Shown: positions 40,527 through 55,400, counted from the stretch's first letter. The stretch: 64,000 nt of DNA from the human T2T-CHM13v2.0 reference genome, Homo sapiens (GCF_009914755.1 NC_060931.1); one strand, 5' to 3'. Numbers and translations: made by a program. Notes: a model not told the origin generated them from the sequence alone.

Positions 40527-41165
40527 CAGGGAAGAATTACTAGAGCAAGTTCTTTGGTGGAAAGGAGGGGCAAAATTTAGTGCACAAGCGGGAAGTTTGG
40601 TTTTACATAGGAACAAGAAAAAACTGATCTTTAAGGCATAAAATCAGGTGAAGATGCTGTAGGTGTATACAAATAGTGATACGAGTATATGAAAATTGTG
40701 TTCTCGCAGTATCTTGTTTTCATTTCAGCTTGCTCGTATGTTTTCTTGACTAAACATTTTAAATTTTAATGTCAGTTTCACCAGTCTGATTTTTATAGGC
40801 TTTGTAGTTTTTACATCTTTCATTAAAAAGTCATCCCTTACTTGTTATGTGACTAAAGTTTCCCTGTACTATTTTATTCTATAAGTTTTGCTTTTTACAT
40901 TTAGTCCTTTAATCTACCTGGATTATATTTTTTGAGTAAAAATTTTAAAAAGTAGAGGAAATACAGTGTTTTAATTTCAATTTCAAAAATTAAAAAACTA
41001 ATTGGGGATAATTAACATACTAATAATTTGTACCATAAAAATAAATTTAAGTATATCTTTCCATTTGTTTTTTGAGTTTAATATCATTTAATACTATTTA
41101 TTATGATTTACTTTTTTAATAAAGTCCTGTAAATATTTCATTAGAGTTATTTTAGGTACTTATTG

Positions 41166-41238
41166 TATTGTTAATACTGTAAATGGTATACATTAATATT
41201 TTGTATTATATTGTTAATACTGTAAATGGTATACATTA
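41166..41238. repeat. Short near-tandem duplication (30 bp perfect, period 43)
   Basis: tattgttaatactgtaaatggtatacatta at 41166-41195 and 41209-41238. Confidence 0.9.
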
Positions 41239-41849
41239 TTTAAAACTATTTAAATATCTGATTAAATGTACCAACCTAGAAAGAGTACAATTAAGAAATA
41301 TCCATATTTTTATCCAAACACTGTCCTTAAACTGTTTAATTTCCTTTTTTCTTCCTCCCTGAATGACTCCTAATACAGAAGCCATCACTTTCAGCTGCAG
41401 AAACAAATTTTATATCAGGAATTATGTGTTGCTTTCAGATATTAAAATATGAGTACAGTATAGTTCAATTTAAAATTTAAATCTCACTTTTAGTTCATGG
41501 ATTTTGTCTTTCCTTAGCTCAAGACTTACTTATGCCTTGGAGACCTGCACCAAGAGAACATTCTTTCACTGTTACTTCCTCGTTCATTATTTTCCTAAAC
41601 TCTGCAACTTCTGGGCTTTTCTTTCTTCTCAAACGTGCAGGTGATGTCAAAGCAAAAATTGAACCAGACTTGAACACAGAGTTGATGCATAAGAGTCCAA
41701 TTATTAATTCAAGAGGCAGTCCATTTCATTTCTTACAGGTATCTATAAAAACTGACTTATCAAGAACCAAAACCTGCTGCTTGTCACTCTTCAGTGCTTG
41801 GGGTGAGGGTGGGAGGATGTAGACAATTTTATTATCTCTATTATTTACA

Positions 41850-42003
41850 TAATTATTTGATTTATTTTAATCTCTGTCTCTCCCACTAGACTAAAATTTC
41901 CACAAGAGTATGGATTTTATTTTGGTGATTGCTATTTTCAAAGCATTTAGAACTGATCTTTCCTAATAAAAAGTGTTTCATAAATATGGGGTGACTGAAT
42001 GAA
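41850..42003 (+). mobile_element. L2 3' end
   Basis: 'tctgtctctcccactagactaaaatttcc...ataaatat...tgaatgaa'. Confidence 0.7.
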
Positions 42004-42149
42004 CAATTAAAGTATAATAGATATATAATAGAGTGTGCTATTGATGAACCAGAACATTTGCTAGGGCCACCTGAGTTTATGGGTGCCTACAAACAGTTTC
42101 CACCATTCTTAGCTCAAAGTTCTGCATCTGTCTCCATTTTCTGCCTAAG

Positions 42150-42184
<35 letters not shown>

Positions 42185-42335
42185 TACACACACATATATA
42201 TACACACACACATATATACATATATACGCACATATATACACATATATACACATATATACACAAATATATACACACATATATATACACACACATATATACA
42301 CACATATATATATACACACACACATATATATATAT
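42150..42335. repeat. Compound (TA)n/(CA)n microsatellite occupying the Alu tail
   Basis: Read directly; lies between the Alu body and its TSD. Confidence 0.95.
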
Positions 42336-42625
42336 TTGAGACAGAGCCTCTCTCTATCGCCCAGGATGGTGTGCAATGGCGTGATCTCGGCTCACTGCAA
42401 CCTCCACCTCCTGGGTTCAAGCGATTCTCCTGCCTCAGCCTCTGGAGTAGCTGGGATTGCAGGTGCCTGACACAATGTATGGTTAATTTTTTTTTTTGTA
42501 TTTTTAGCAGAGATGGGGTTTTACCATGTTGGACAGGCTGGTCTTGAACTCCTGACCTCTGGTCATCTGCCTGCCTCGACCTCCCAAAGTGCTGGGATTA
42601 CAGGCATGAGCCACTGCGCCCAGTC
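42336..42625 (-). mobile_element. AluS (Sx/Sz-like)
   Basis: Both arms present. TSD ccattttctgcctaagat (42134-42151) / cccttttctgcataagat (42625-42642). Confidence 0.93.
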
Positions 42626-43878
42626 CCTTTTCTGCATAAGATCTTTGCCCAGTGCCAAGTGAGCTTACTCCCTATTGCCAGATGCAATGGCTGTAGTGTC
42701 GTGGAGTTGCCACCCACGGGGAGTGACCCTCAACAATTCACTAAGAGAGTTAGTAGAAAAACCTGACCTCTGATAAAACTATCCTGGGGTCTGTTCCATG
42801 ATATTTCCAGAGGGCACCAAGATCCCAGCAGGATTTAGCTTCAGCTGACTTCAGGAGCAATCAGTTCATTCATACATTATTTATCGGCTTTTCTTTGTCC
42901 CACCTTTCCCACTTCCTTACTTGTGCTTCTCAGTACTACACTTGGGGGAACCCAAACTATGGACACATAAGCCATCAGTGATGATAGTTCCTCTGGGGAA
43001 TTCTTATTATTACATCAAGTTGAAGTTAATGAGCAATTGCTTAAGAATTAACTTTGCTTTTATATTGTTATATGCCTGGATGAGAAAATAAAAATTGGAG
43101 TCAGCAAAATTACACACTAAAATGACTTTATTTGATCTATATTTAAATGAAAGTGAAAATAAATTTCAAATTCATTTTGTACAGAAATATGTATTTATTC
43201 TTATGCTTTTATGTCAATGCCTATGACTCTGCTCCTTGTAGTTGTCCTTCGAGGCTTAAATTGGAAAATAGAATTCACTATATGCATAATATACTAGATA
43301 GATTATTTCGTATTAGATAATGGTCTTCTCTGTAGCTTAAATAGTCACTATAGTTTTGAAAAATGATACAGTATCTTATTACATCTCAAGATAAATATTT
43401 AAGACATAGAAAAGTGAAATCTTTAATCTTTTATAATTTCTAGCAAAATGAATTTTCAGGCTTTGTGTATAAAGCTCTCAAATATGTTAAATATCATTTG
43501 TTTTCCAGTACATTTTCAACTACATTTTATTTTTGAAGGACCTCCTCATGAAAAGATAAAGTAAAAATGAAGGTGAAGATTGGAATGATGCGTTTTATCT
43601 TTAAATGAATTATTTCAAAACTGACTTATGTTTTTACATACGCATACCTTAGCAGTGGTCTTTTTCATATTGGTACCTGGGGTTGGGGAACGGAGGCATG
43701 AGTTGTGCAAAATAATGTAAGATGAGATCTATCCTTCCCATGATCAACAAGGTATTATTGACTAACCCACGTGATGAAAAAGTGAATAGAGATTTCACAT
43801 TAGACGACAGGATTCTGTTCTAATGACTATGCATGTGCTGTTTAGGAATGTAATATAAAAATTACTATGCCTTGGCTT

Positions 43879-44326
43879 TGTGAAAGAAAAATAAATCTTG
43901 GGGCCTCAAAATCACTAAGCTAAAAGGGAAAGTCAAGCTTGCAACTGCTTAGGGCAAACCTGCCTCCCATTTTATTCAAAGTCATCCCTCTGCTCACTGA
44001 GATAAATGCATTATCTAATTGCCTACTTTGGAAAGGCTAGTCAGAAACTCAAAAGAATGTAACTGTCTCTCACCTACCTGTGATCTGGATGTCCCTTCCC
44101 TGCTTTGAGTTGTTGCGCTTTTCTGGACAGAACCAATGTACATCTTACATATATTGATTGATGTCTCCTGTCTCCCTAAAGTGTATAAGACCAAGCTGTG
44201 CCCTGACCACCTTGGGCACATGTGGTCAGGAACTCTTGAGTCTGTGTCGTGGGCACACGTCCTCAACCTTGAAAAAATAAACTTTCTAAATTAACTGAGT
44301 CCTGTCTCAGATATTCAGGCTTCACG
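43879..44326 (+). mobile_element. MER4A-type ERV1 solo LTR
   Basis: 'tgtgaaagaaaaataaatcttggggcctcaaaatcactaagctaaa...gaccaccttgggcacatg...aataaactttctaaattaactgag'; TSD gctt/ggtt. Confidence 0.9.
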
Positions 44327-44329
44327 GGT

Positions 44330-44760
44330 TCACTGATGCTAACAGAAAATCCCCATAATTTAGTGCTTAAAAGAACAGAGATATTTATTTCATTTTCATG
44401 TAATAGTTGTAGGTTAATAGTTAATGTTTACAGGACAACCCTGTTCTATATGGACATTCAGATACTTAGATTTCCTCCATCATGTTTCAGTCACAGCCCA
44501 TAAAGCATTCTTATTGTTTCAGCAATCAAAGCTGAATCACTTCTGTGTTCTAACTATTCTATCATTAGAAAGTGTAAGGCTACCATTTTTAGGAATAAAC
44601 ACAGAAATGGGAAATATTACTTCTGCTCACATTTTACTGACAATCACTTTGTCATACGGAGACATTGTGATACAACAGAAGTTGGAAATATAATCTAGCC
44701 ATGTTAGCATAAGAAAGAGAAGATGCATTTTGGAGGACCACTGGCTATTCCCTAAGCAAA
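44330..44760 (-). mobile_element. Old MLT1 (J/K-like) LTR
   Basis: 'tattacttctgctcacattttactgacaatcacttgtcata' and 'agttggaaatataatcta' are typical antisense MLT1. Confidence 0.55.
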
Positions 44761-45017
44761 TGGTTAAGACTTAGTAAAAGGTACAAAAACATTTGATGTA
44801 ATTTCAAAATTATTAAGATTGGCATAAGTTTAAAATATAACATATATTTGAATACTACATATATATATACACATATATACATACATACATAGTCTTCATC
44901 CTATTGTGCTTGCTTAATACATGTTTTGAACAAAGATTTTAATTTCTAATATGTACATCAAATTTAGTTTATAACGTACTTTAATAAAATATTGATGTAA
45001 AGCAATTAATAACCTGT

Positions 45018-45418
45018 TGCTATAGTTTGAAAGTGTTTTTTCCAAAATTCAGGTATTGAAACATAATGATCAATGTGATATTATTAAGAAGTGGGCCTTT
45101 AAGAAGTGATTAAGTCATGAGGGCTCTTCCCTCATAAATGAGATTAAGGTCCTTATAAAAGTGGCTTCATGCAGCCTTCAGCTCCCTTGCTCTTCTGCCT
45201 TCCTCCATATGAAGACACAGCATTTCTCCCCTCTGGAAAATGCAGCAACAAGACACCATTTTGGAAGTAGAGAACAGTCTTTACCAGAAAAGCAAGCCTG
45301 TTGGTGCCTTTATCTTACTCTTCCCAGCCTCCAGATCAGTGAAAAAAAAAAAAAGTTTTTTATGAATTATCCAGCAGTCTTAAGCATTTTGTTATAGCAG
45401 CACAAACAGACTAAGATA
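45018..45418 (+). mobile_element. MST (C/D-like) MaLR solo LTR
   Basis: 'tgctatagtttgaa...gggcctttaagaagtgattaagtcatgagggctc...ttttgttatagcagcacaaacagactaagata'. Confidence 0.88.
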
Positions 45419-46559
45419 TCTTTCATATTCAAATAAGTTTAAAAGTAAAATATACATATAGGTAGGTCTAACTGCTTGACCACAGATTTGTTTCAAAATT
45501 ACTGTAGAATATTTTTTATTCATAACTTTGCTAGATGCTTGCAAAAGCTGAAGTATAAGGATTGCAATTATTGCACACATTCTTTCCTGGTGATAAAAAT
45601 ATAGGCAGAATGGCATTAAGCATGTAGGCAAACACAGCTTCATTTTTCAGTGAGTTTATGTGTACATTAATAACTAACAAGCAAGTAAAAATCCTCAAGC
45701 CATCACTGTTACAAACCTTTAAAGAACTGAATATATTAGCAATTTTATCTTCCAACACAAGATAATATATAGTTGGAGAAATTGATTAGTGAAACAAACA
45801 ATTTTGTTAAAAACACTTACCTGATTTGAATATTATGATACTCTTTAAGTATTTATCACTATAATTATAATTATTATTTAATAAGAGATGCCTCAGCCAT
45901 TATTTTTAGAAATATCAAGCTTCTTTGCATCATTTTATTATATGGAGATTGAAAACCATATATTTAAAATACATGATTTGTGTACAAGATGATAGTATTA
46001 AATTTGCAAAACACAAAGCCACAATGAGTTAACATGATAATGGTTTTATCTAGTTTAGTGAAATTATTGTAATAGTACTGATTTTTCAAATAAGTTAGAC
46101 TAATGTCAACAGCATGAAAAATGCAGGGGTATTTATCTAGTTTAGTCAGTGTGTAGGTTGTATGAATTTATTCATGGTCCTTTCTTTCCCATTCTTGCCA
46201 TGGTTTAGTGTGGAGAAAAACAGTCTACCTTTTCCCTGACTTTTGCCTTAGCTGGGTAACTAATTTTGACAGGGGAATATGGACAGCAGAGTTTGTCTGT
46301 ACTATGCAGAGATTCTCAGAGACATAATCAGTTTTCTTTCTTTTACCAAGTTTTCTTTCACCTAGATTTCTTTCTTTTACCAAGAGAACAAGTCTTATAT
46401 AAGATACTCTCCTTTGTCTTGGTTTCCAAAGTGAGGGGACATGTGGAGCTGTCCTGTACCCAACTTGCATCCTACATCCAAGTTCACCAAGTTCTAGCAG
46501 GCTTACAATAGAGTTCTGAAGAACTACAGCAAATCTTTAAACACTGGAAGCAAGAAATA

Positions 46560-47217
46560 AATTCAAGGTATTGTAAGCCAAAGAGTTTGGGGATTGAACA
46601 CTATGTAGAATTATAACAAAATCAAACTATTATGGAAATTGGTGACAGAGGTGGGATGCTGCCACAACAAAACCTGAAATATGTGACACTGACATTGGAG
46701 ATATGTAGGGCTCAGCAATTAGACTATTACTGTAGACTTCAAAATTTTCAACCCATTTTTAATAATGGAATAGAATTGGATAAAACTGCAACTTGAAATA
46801 CCTTGGGGGTAGAAATATTCCTAATGAATTCCTGAAAGAAGACAGATGTCCCCTGAGCTGAAGTAATATGTGCTAGTTGTAAGCAGAAACAGTAATAGGT
46901 GGTGTGTGTTTCTGTTTACCTCTTGTGTTCTTTCCTCTTTCATGAAAACTCCATGTCCAAGATGAGAGGTGATCCTTTAGTCTGTGTCTCAGAATGAGGA
47001 GAAATGTGGAATAGTTTCAATCTTAGCACTCAGCCTTAGGCAGGTCTTAGCTGAATTTAGCATATAGAATCTTAGCAAATCACAGTATAGTGAGGTAGAA
47101 AAGAAGTAATAAATGCATAGATCTATGAGCAATTAATAAATGTTAGTTTCTGTAACACACTGAGTTTCAGATTTTTTTGTTATGTAGCACTATCATAGCA
47201 AAACCTGATGAGTTATA
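46560..47217 (+). mobile_element. MLT1 remnant: LTR end, internal fragment and LTR
   Basis: 'aaattggtgacagaggtgggatgctgccacaacaaaacctgaaatatgtg' resembles the MaLR internal start; LTR end 'tttgttatgtagcactatcatagcaaaacctgatgagttata'. Confidence 0.6.
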
Positions 47218-48415
47218 TTCAAGCACAAACACTAATTTACTTCTATAGCACTATTAGCAGAGTTCTCACTTTTATTTTTGACATTTTTTAAAAGCACATT
47301 TCCTGACAATATTTACTGTTATAAAAATAATTGCAAGTAATTTTGTAGGCAGTTCTTTTAACATAAATAGAATTATCTGCAAACAAGATTAATGCAGTTT
47401 TAGAAGCATGCATGTAGTTCTTAGATGGTTTTTGGTTGAATCTAAAATTTATATTAAATTAAAGCATAATCTCAAGTTACATTCAAGCTGTATTAAGTAT
47501 TCTCAGGTGTTCTAATTATATGTTTGAATTTGTAAATAATTTGATGCATAACTTTAACTACTTAATCTTTATAGTTATCTTCTCAATTTAGAAACCTGGC
47601 TTTCAAACAAAGTCATTATAAACAAAAAAATTAAATAATATACAAAGAAATCTGAGCGATGTATTGTTAGAGACATGTAGACATATTATAAAGAATACCA
47701 TAACTACCAAAAATTTAGAGATTTCTTCTAAACTTAGAGGTGTCAGAATATTAAGTAATTTTAGTAAAATGTATGAAATTGGTAGTTTATTTGAAATAAT
47801 ATAAAAACAAATATATAAGATAATAGTTTGGCTTTTCATTTCTTTGTCAATCAATTTTACCTTTACATTTCTTAAACTGAAAATCTTTGGGCTGTAATAT
47901 TTTTAACACAAAGAATATAACATATTAAATGTTATTCATAAGAGATATACTGTACCACTTTTAGAAAAATCAGAGCACTGCATTATGCAGTGGGCCATGG
48001 TAGTACAGTACACAAAAATCTAGAAAAAAAAAAACCTTGGAGGTTTATCTTTAACTCAAAACTTACCACTGTTCTAAAATTTTTTAGTACATTTAATTAC
48101 ATTTTGTCTTTTACTGTAAGCAATGCATTGATTTTAACATTAAAATGTTTTGAAAACAAAGTTATGATTATTCTTTTCTACTATATTTTTAAAATATTAA
48201 CAACATTACTGTATTTATAGTCTATCTAAATGGTCATTCTTTTACAAGTTTGTATTTATACTGCTGCCCTGTATTCTAGGCTGTATTGATATAGATATAT
48301 AAATCTTTTTGTAAGTACCATTTTACCAAATAAGTGTATGTTATGTGTCTCAGATATCACTTTAGATTCTTGACAGCAAAAGCAAGATGTAGAATTCAAT
48401 CAGTGGTTGAGCTAA

Positions 48416-48727
<312 letters not shown>

Positions 48728-48744
48728 AAAAATAACATCTAAAT

Positions 48745-49090
48745 CAGGGGTCCCTAATCCCGGGGCCAGGGATTGGTAGCGGTCCATGGCTTGTTAGGAA
48801 GCAGGATGCACAGCAGGAGGTGAGCAGCAGGCAAGTGAGCATTTCCGCCTGAACTGCGCCCAAGTCAGATCAGCAAGGACATTAGATTCTCACAGATTCC
48901 TGAACCCTATTGTGAACTGCACATGCGGGGAATCTAGGCTGCCAGTTTCTTAAGAGACTCTAATGCCTGATGATCTGAGGTGTAACAGTTTTATTCCCGA
49001 AATTATCCACCCCCCGCTGCACCATCCTTCCATGGAAAAAGTGTCTTCCAGGAAATGAGTTCCTGGTGCCAAAAAGGTTGGGAACTGCTG
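48745..49090 (+). mobile_element. MER1B (hAT-Charlie) DNA transposon
   Basis: Terminal inverted repeats caggggtccctaa / ttgggaactgctg; 8-bp hAT-type TSD atctaaat/ttctaatt. Confidence 0.9.
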
Positions 49091-49407
49091 TTCTAATTGC
49101 ACATACGATAATATTCCCATTAAAGCCACACACCCATAATTTATCTAGAGATATTTTAGTAAGCAATGTTTGAAAGAATCTAGACCAATGAATTATAAAA
49201 TCATTCACAAAATTAGTCATTATCTATAAAAGAGCCCTTTGATAATTTTCTAATATTCAGATTTTAGCTTGGTAATTGCAGGATTTATAAAGCTACTACA
49301 ATCAGCTATATGCTTCAGCATCTTTCCAAACAAAATGAAATACGATACACTAAAATCACACTTTCAATGATCCTCAAAGAAATTTATTTCAAAAATGAAT
49401 GTGCTGG

Positions 49408-52400
49408 GTGGACATGGCAGAGCAGGATGGCCAAATAGAGGTTTCCAACAATCATCGCCCCAACAGGAACACCATATTGAACAACTATCCACACACACAC
49501 ACACACACAAAAACCCACCTTCTTAAGAACCAAAAATCAGATAAGCAATCACAGTACCTGGTATTTACATCAAATTAAAGAAAGAAGCACAGAAGAAGGT
49601 AAGAAAGACAGCCCTGAATTGCTTACACAACCCATCCCACATTTACTGACAGCAACCATGTGACAGGAGAGAAAATCTGTGCACTTGGGGGAAGGAGAGT
49701 GCAGTAATTTTGGGACTTTGCATTGGAACTCAGTGCTGCCCTGTCACAGTGGAAAGCAAAATGAGGCAGAACTCAGCTAGTGCCCATGCAAGAAGCATTT
49801 AGACCAGATTTATCTAGAAGCAAGTCATCCATCCCAGCAATCAGACCTGAGTTTCAGCAAGCCCTGCCACCACAAATTAAGGGGTTCTGGGGTCCTAAAT
49901 ACACTTGAAAGGCCATCTAGGCCACAAGGACTGCAATTTCTGGGCAGGTGCTGGTGCTCTGCTGGGTTCAGAGCCAGTGGACTTGAGGTGCATGTGACCT
50001 AGTGAGACACCAGCTGGGGCAGCCAAGGGAGTGCTTGTGTCACCCTTCCCCCAACTCCCAGTAGCACAGCTCACAACTCTGGGGAGGACACCTTCCCTCT
50101 GCTTGAGGAGAGAAGAGGGGAGAGTAAAGACAACTTTGTCTTGTAACTTGGCTTTCAGCTCAGTCACAGTAAAATAGGGCACCAGGCAGAGTTCTGATGG
50201 TCCCGTTCCAGGACCTAACTTCCAGGTGATGTTTCTAACACACCGTTGGCCAGAAAAGAAACCACTACCTTGAATGGAAGGACCCAGTCCTGAAAGAATT
50301 AATCACCTGCAGAATAAAGAGCTCTTGGGCCCTGAATAATCAGCAGTGGTAGCCAGGCAGTACTCACTGTGGGCTTTAGTGAGTAAGACTCAGAGCCATG
50401 CTGGCTTCAGGTGTGACCCAGGAAATTTCCAGCTGGGGTGACTGGGGAGAAACTCCTAATGCTTGAGGAAAGGAAAAGGAAAGGATTTTGTCTTGCAGCT
50501 CATGTACCAAGTCGGCCACAGTAGCATTAAGTACCAAGCAGATTCCTAGTGTCCCTGATTCCAGGCCTTCGCTTCTGAATAGCATTTCTGGACCTGCCCT
50601 TGGCCAGAGGGAAGCCCACTTCACTGAAGGGGGAGATTGAAGACTTGCAGCATTCACCACAAGCTGACTGAAGAGCCCTTGGGCCTTGAGTGAATGTTGG
50701 CAATAGCCAGGCAGTACTTGCCATGGGACTGGGGCCAAGGTGACCATGGGGAGAGACTTCCCTACTTGAGGAAAGGGGAGGGAAAAGTGGGAAGGACTTC
50801 ATTTTGTGCCTTGGATGCCAGCTCAACTGCAGTAGAATAGAGCACCAGATAGATTCCTCAGGTTCCCAATCCAGGACTTGACTCCGGGATGGAATCTCTG
50901 GACCTGCCTGGTGCCAAGGGGGACTAGTTTTCCTAAGAGGAAGGACACAAGCCTGGCTGGATTTGCCACGTGCTGATTGTAGAGCCCTTGTGCCTTGAGT
51001 AAACATAGCCGATAGCCAGGCAGAGGTCACTGCAGGCCCTGGGCAAAACCCAGGGCTATTCTGGCCTTGGGAATGACTCATTTTAGTCCCAGTGGTAGTG
51101 GCCACATGGGAGCTTGTGTCTTCCCTCACTCAGCTTCAGACAGCTCAGCATAGAAAGAGAGAGTCCATTTTGTTTGGAAGTAAGGGAAGAAAACAAGAGT
51201 CTCTGCCTGGTAACCCAAGGAATACTCCCGGATCTTACATAAGACCACCAAGGTAGTACTGCTATGAGTCTGCAAGAGCCACAACATTACTAGGCTTCAG
51301 GTGCCCCCTAAAGCAGATGTGCCTGCAGTGACCAAGGACTTAGATCACAATACCCAAGTCCATTCAAATACTTGGAAAGTCTTCTTAACAATGACAGGTA
51401 TACACAAGCTCAGATTGTGAAGACTACAAGTAATACCCAACTCTTCAATACCCAGGCAATGATAAACATCCATAAGCATCAAGACCATCCAGGAAAACAT
51501 GACCTCACCAAGGGAAGTAAATAAGGCACCAAGGACAAATCCCAGAGAGACAGAAATATGTGGCCTTTCAGACAGAGAATTAAAAATTGCTGTTTTGAGG
51601 AAGCTCAATGAAATCCAAGATAACACAGAATGAATTAAGAATGCTATCAGATAAATTTAACAAAGAGGTTGAAATAATTTAAAAAGAATCAAACAAAAAT
51701 GCTGGAGCTAAAAAATGCAACTGAAATATTGAAGAATGCACCAGAGACACTAAACAGCAGAACTGATCAAGCAGGAAGACAGAATTAGTGAGCTTGAAAA
51801 TAGGTTATTTGAAAATCCACAGTGAGAGGAGATGAACAAAAAGGAATAAAAAAGAATAAAACACCCCTACAAGATAGCCTCAAAAGGGCACAATAGTCTC
51901 AAAGCACAAATCCCAGAATTATTGACCCTAAAGAGGAGGCAGAGAGACAGATCATGATAGAAAGTTTATTCAAACAGATAATAACAGAGAACTTCCCAAA
52001 CCTAGAGAAAGATATCAATAGTCAAGTACAGTAAGGTTGTAGGACACCAAGCAGATTTAATCCACAGAAGGCTACCTTAAGACATTTAATAAATTGCCAA
52101 AAGTCAATGATAAGAAAAAGGACCCTAACAGCAGCCAGAGAAAAGAAACAAATAACGTATAAGGGAGCTTCAATACATCTGGCAGCAGACTTCTCAGTGG
52201 AAACATTACAGGCCAGGAGAGAATGACAGGATTTATTTAAAGTGCTGAAGAAAAAAAAAAAAACCTTATCGTAGAATAGTGTATCTAGTGAAAATATCCT
52301 TCAAAATGAAGGAGAAATAAAGACATTTCTAAACAAAAACTGAGAGATTTCATTAACACCAGATCTGTCCCACAGGAAATGCTAAAGGGAGATTTTTCAA

Positions 52401-55400
52401 TCGGAAAGACAAGCATATTAATTAGCAGTAAAAAAATCATCTGAAGGTACAAAACTCACTAGTAAATGTAAGTATGGAAAAAAACAGAATATTATAACAC
52501 TGTACTTATAGTGTATAAACTATATCTTCAGCAGAAGGACTAACAGACAAACCAATAAGAAATAATTACACTTTTTCAAGACAAAGTATAATAAGATGTA
52601 GATAGAAACAATGAAAAGTTAAAAAGCAGGGGGAAGAAGTTAAAGTGTAGAGTTTTATTAGTTTTCTCTTTGTTTGTTGGTTTGTGCTGTCAGTATTAAA
52701 TTGTAATCAGTTTAAATAATGGGTTATAAGATAGTATTTGCAGGCATCATGGTAACCTCAAAAGAAAAAAACCCACAAAAGATAAAGAGCAAGAAATTAA
52801 AAGATACACCAGAGAAAATCACCCTCACTAAAAAAATACAGGAAGGAAGGAAAGAAGGCAGAGAATACCACAAACAAACACACCCACACACACAAACACA
52901 CACACACAGAATACAAATAACAAAATGGCAAGAGTAAAGAGTACGTCCTTATTTATCAATAATAACACTGAATGTAAATGGACTAAACTTTCTGATCAAA
53001 AGACATAGAGTAGCTTAATAGATTTAAAAACAAGACCAAATATCTGTTGTCTATAGGAAATACAATTCACCTATAGACTCAAATAGACTGAAAATAAAGG
53101 AATAACAAAAGAGACACCATGTAAGAGGAAATGAAAAAAGGACAGGAGTAGTTACACCTATGTCAGACAAAATAGATTTCAAGGCAAAAACTTTAAGAAA
53201 AGACAAAAAAAGTTTATTACATAACAAAAAAGGTCAATTCAGCAAGAGAATAAAACTATTGTAAATATATATGCACCCAACAATGGAGCACCCAGACATA
53301 TAAGGCAAATATTAATAAAGCTGAAGAGAGACAGACAGACCTCAATAGAGTAGTAGCTGGAGACTTTAACATCCACTTTCAGCTTTGGACAGGTCTTCCA
53401 GACAGAAAAACAACAAAGAAACATCAGTCTTAATCACACTATAGACCAAATGGACCTAATAGATATTTACAGAATATTTTGTCTAATGGTTGAAGAATAT
53501 GCATTCTTTTTCTCAGCACATGGATTATTCTCAAGGATAGACCATATATTAGGCCACAAAATATTCAAAATTCCTAAAACATTCAAAAATTTAAATTATA
53601 TCAAGTGTCTTCTCTTACCACTAAAGAATAAAACTGGAAATCAATAGCAAGAGGAATTTTGAAAATTAGTCAAACATATGGAAATTAAACAATATGCTCC
53701 TGGAAGACCAGTGGGTCAATGAAGAAATTAAGAAAATTTAAAAATTCTTGAAACAAATGAAAATGGAATCACAACATACCAAAACCTATGGCATAAAGTG
53801 AAGGCAATACTAAAATCAAAGTTTGTACCAATAAGCACCTACATTAAACGTAGAAGAACTTCAAATAAGTAACCTTACAATCTATATTCAAGAACTAGAA
53901 AAGAAAGATCAAACCAAACCCCAAATTAGTAGAAGAAAAGAAATAATGAAAGTGAGAGCAGAGATACATGAAATTGAAATGAAAAAAATTACAAAAGGTA
54001 AATGAAACAAAAAAAGAGTTTTGAAAAGATAAATAAAATTAACAAAATTTACCTAGATTAAGAAAAAAAGAGAGAACACCCAAATAAATAAACTCAGAGA
54101 TGAAAAAGGGGACATTGCAACTGTATACTGCAAAAATTCAAAAGATTATTACAGGCTACTATGAGCAAGCATATGCCCAATAAATTGGAAAACCTACAAG
54201 AAATGAGTAAATTCCTAAGCACATACAACCTAGTAAGATTGAGACATGACGAAAGCAAAACCTGAAGAGATCACTTACAAATAATGAGATAAAAGTCATA
54301 ATAAAAAGCCTCCCAGTGAAGAAAAATTCAAGACTCAGTGGTATCACTGCTGTACTTTACCAAACAATAATAATAATAAAAAAAAACAGCAATCCTACTC
54401 AAACTATTCTGAATAAAATAGAGGAGGAGGTAATACTTCCAAACTCATGCTACAAGGCCAGTATTACACTAATACCAAAGCCAAATAAAGACACATCAAA
54501 AAAAGAAAACTACAGGCAAATGTCCCTGATGACTATCCTCAATAAATACTAACAACCAAATTCAGTAACACAATAAAAAGATAAGTCAACATGACCAAGT
54601 GGGTCTTTCCCAGGGATGCAAGGACGGTTGAACACATGCAACTCAATCAATGTCATACCTTATATCAACAGAATTAAGGTAAAAAACCATGTGATCATTT
54701 CAGTTGATGCTAAAAAAGCATTTGATAAAATTCAACATCATTTGATGAGTTTTAAAAACCTTCAAAAAACTATAAAGAACATACCTTAACACAATGAAAG
54801 CCATATATGACAGATTCACAGCTAGTATCATACTGAATAGAAAAAAACTGAAAGCCTTTCCTCTAAGATCTTGAAAAAGACAATGATGCCGATTCTCACC
54901 ACTGTTATTTAACATAGTACCGAAGTCCTAGCTAGAGCAACCAGACAAGAGGAAGAAATAAAGGGCATCTAAATTGGATAGAAAATAAGTCAAATTATTG
55001 TTTGCAGAGTGTATAATCTTATATTTGGAAAAGCCATAACACTCCACCAAAAAACTATGAGAACTGATCAATAAATTCAGGAAAGTTGCAGGGTACAAAA
55101 TCAACATTAAACAATCAGTAGAATTTCTATACGCCAACAAACGATCTGAAAAGAAAACTTAAAAATGTAATCCCATTTACGATACCTATGCAGAAAAATA
55201 TGTAGGAATTAATCAAAGAAGTGAAAAATCTCTACCATGGAAACGATAAAATACTGATGAAATAAAATGAAGAGGACACAAAAAACTGGGAAGATAGTCT
55301 ATGTTTATGGATTGGAATAATGAATATTGTTAAAATGTTCATACTACCTAAAGCAATCGACAGATTCAATGCAAGCCCTATCAAAATACCAATGATATTT

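Larger units (their letters stand above)
42050..42964 (+). mobile_element. LTR16-type (ERVL) LTR interrupted by an Alu
   Basis: 'ggggagtgaccctcaac', 'cccagcaggatttagcttcag' and the terminal 'ttgggggaacccaaacta..aca'. Confidence 0.65.

Noticed and set aside
42058-42420. Overlapping YIHT/CVYI repeat ORFs
   Set aside because: Translations of the TA/CA microsatellite.
50376-51129. 123-aa and 200-aa minus-strand ORFs
   Set aside because: Antisense to the GC-richer L1MA 5' UTR monomers, with no homology I recognise.
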